NCBI GenBank assembly: GCA_964016885.1
Contig: OZ024742.1
Location: 133,548,001 to 133,612,000 of the forward strand
DNA length: 64,000 nucleotides
Direction of reading: 5' to 3'
Origin: Eledone cirrhosa
Lineage: Eukaryota
Part shown: piece by piece, positions 63,347 to 64,000 of the stretch
Position numbering within the stretch: position 1 is the stretch's first letter
Layout of the letters: every line of letters starts with the position of its first letter
Made by a program: the position numbers and the translations under genes
The notes under the pieces: generated by a model
Database searches by the model: none
Told to the model about the DNA's origin: nothing
What the model saw: the letters and a program-made list of their open reading frames with translations, nothing else

Positions 63347-63783
63347 ATCGGACGGAGGCGCCATATTCAATTGATTCAGGTTTATTTAAATCTCGCTTAT
63401 ACCTTGAGGACTATCAGCTATGACAGCTTGAACTCTTCAGATGGCAAGACCTAAAATAAACATTGAAAGTTCTTTAAAAAAACATTTTAAATTTGGAAAA
63501 ATCGAATAATTTCCGCGAAAAATAATTTCTTTAAATGATACAGGGTGCCGGCTGAACGTGTGGTGTTGTTTCTTTGACTGCCAGTCACTGTACCATGAAA
63601 AGACATTTTTTTGGTGGGGAATTCTTGGATTTTTCCAAATTTAAATATTTATTAGGATCTTTCAATGTTTATTTTAGGTTTTGCCGTAGGAAGAGCTCAG
63701 GCTATCATAACTGATAGTCCTTAGTGAAATATATATAACGGAGATTTAAGTTAAACCTTAATCAACTGAATATGGCCTCCGAT
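63347..63783. repeat. ~435-bp diverged palindrome (MITE or foldback-like)
   Basis: GCCATATTCAATTGATTCAGGTTTA.. pairs with ..TAAACCTTAATCAACTGAATATGGC; CCTAAAATAAACATTGAAAG pairs with CTTTCAATGTTTATTTTAGG. Confidence 0.82.
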
Positions 63784-64000
63784 AAGTTATTAATATGTAA
63801 TGCTCCGTCTTTCACCATTTATACAGGTCATTGTGCACTTCTTTTTTATCGGCTTCACAATTGACATCTCTGTTAAGGTGAAAATCACATAACATCAGCA
63901 GATATTTACGTACCCGGGCTGTTACACTCATCTGCAGGTGGCCCAAGTCGTAAGACAGGTCTATACAGTGTCTGTTAGCCGTTACCACTGAACAAGGAAT

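Noticed and set aside
63790-64000. Possible minus-strand exons around a 44-nt GT-AG intron
   Set aside because: The intron is very short, the peptide is unrecognised and the region is cut by the window end.

Overview
Eukaryotic, repeat-saturated DNA with no recognisable intact host gene. The tRNA-derived SINE family and the (TA)n/(TATG)n/(CA)n landscape suggest a mollusc, probably an octopod cephalopod (inference). Bases 1-28.85 kb are a ~20-bp minisatellite (CGTTTTTTATTTGGGTGCCC plus a CGTTTTTTATGGGGGGTC variant). From ~14.9 kb it is organised as eight foldback palindromes (T-rich arm, conserved inversion point, A-rich arm), separated by seven co-oriented copies of a ~250-bp unique spacer. 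Bases 28.85-64 kb are a transposon graveyard. It holds two decayed near-full-length Naiad-like Penelope-like elements (PLEs), a Neptune-like PLE 3' end, four RTE-derived non-autonomous elements in (TATG)n, three SINEs, a non-autonomous Helitron whose empty site survives in a sister copy, Helitron and RTE coding relics, and many inverted duplications. By eye I find about 17 type I hammerhead ribozyme (HHR) motifs from about 10 sequence-distinct families. These include two families with the compensatory U3:A8 core and two tandem HHR repeats (~697 bp and ~420 bp) that resemble retrozymes. All structures were folded by eye; no activity or database match has been tested. The ORFs over the satellite and microsatellites are artefacts. 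There is a 200-N assembly gap at 48831-49030.
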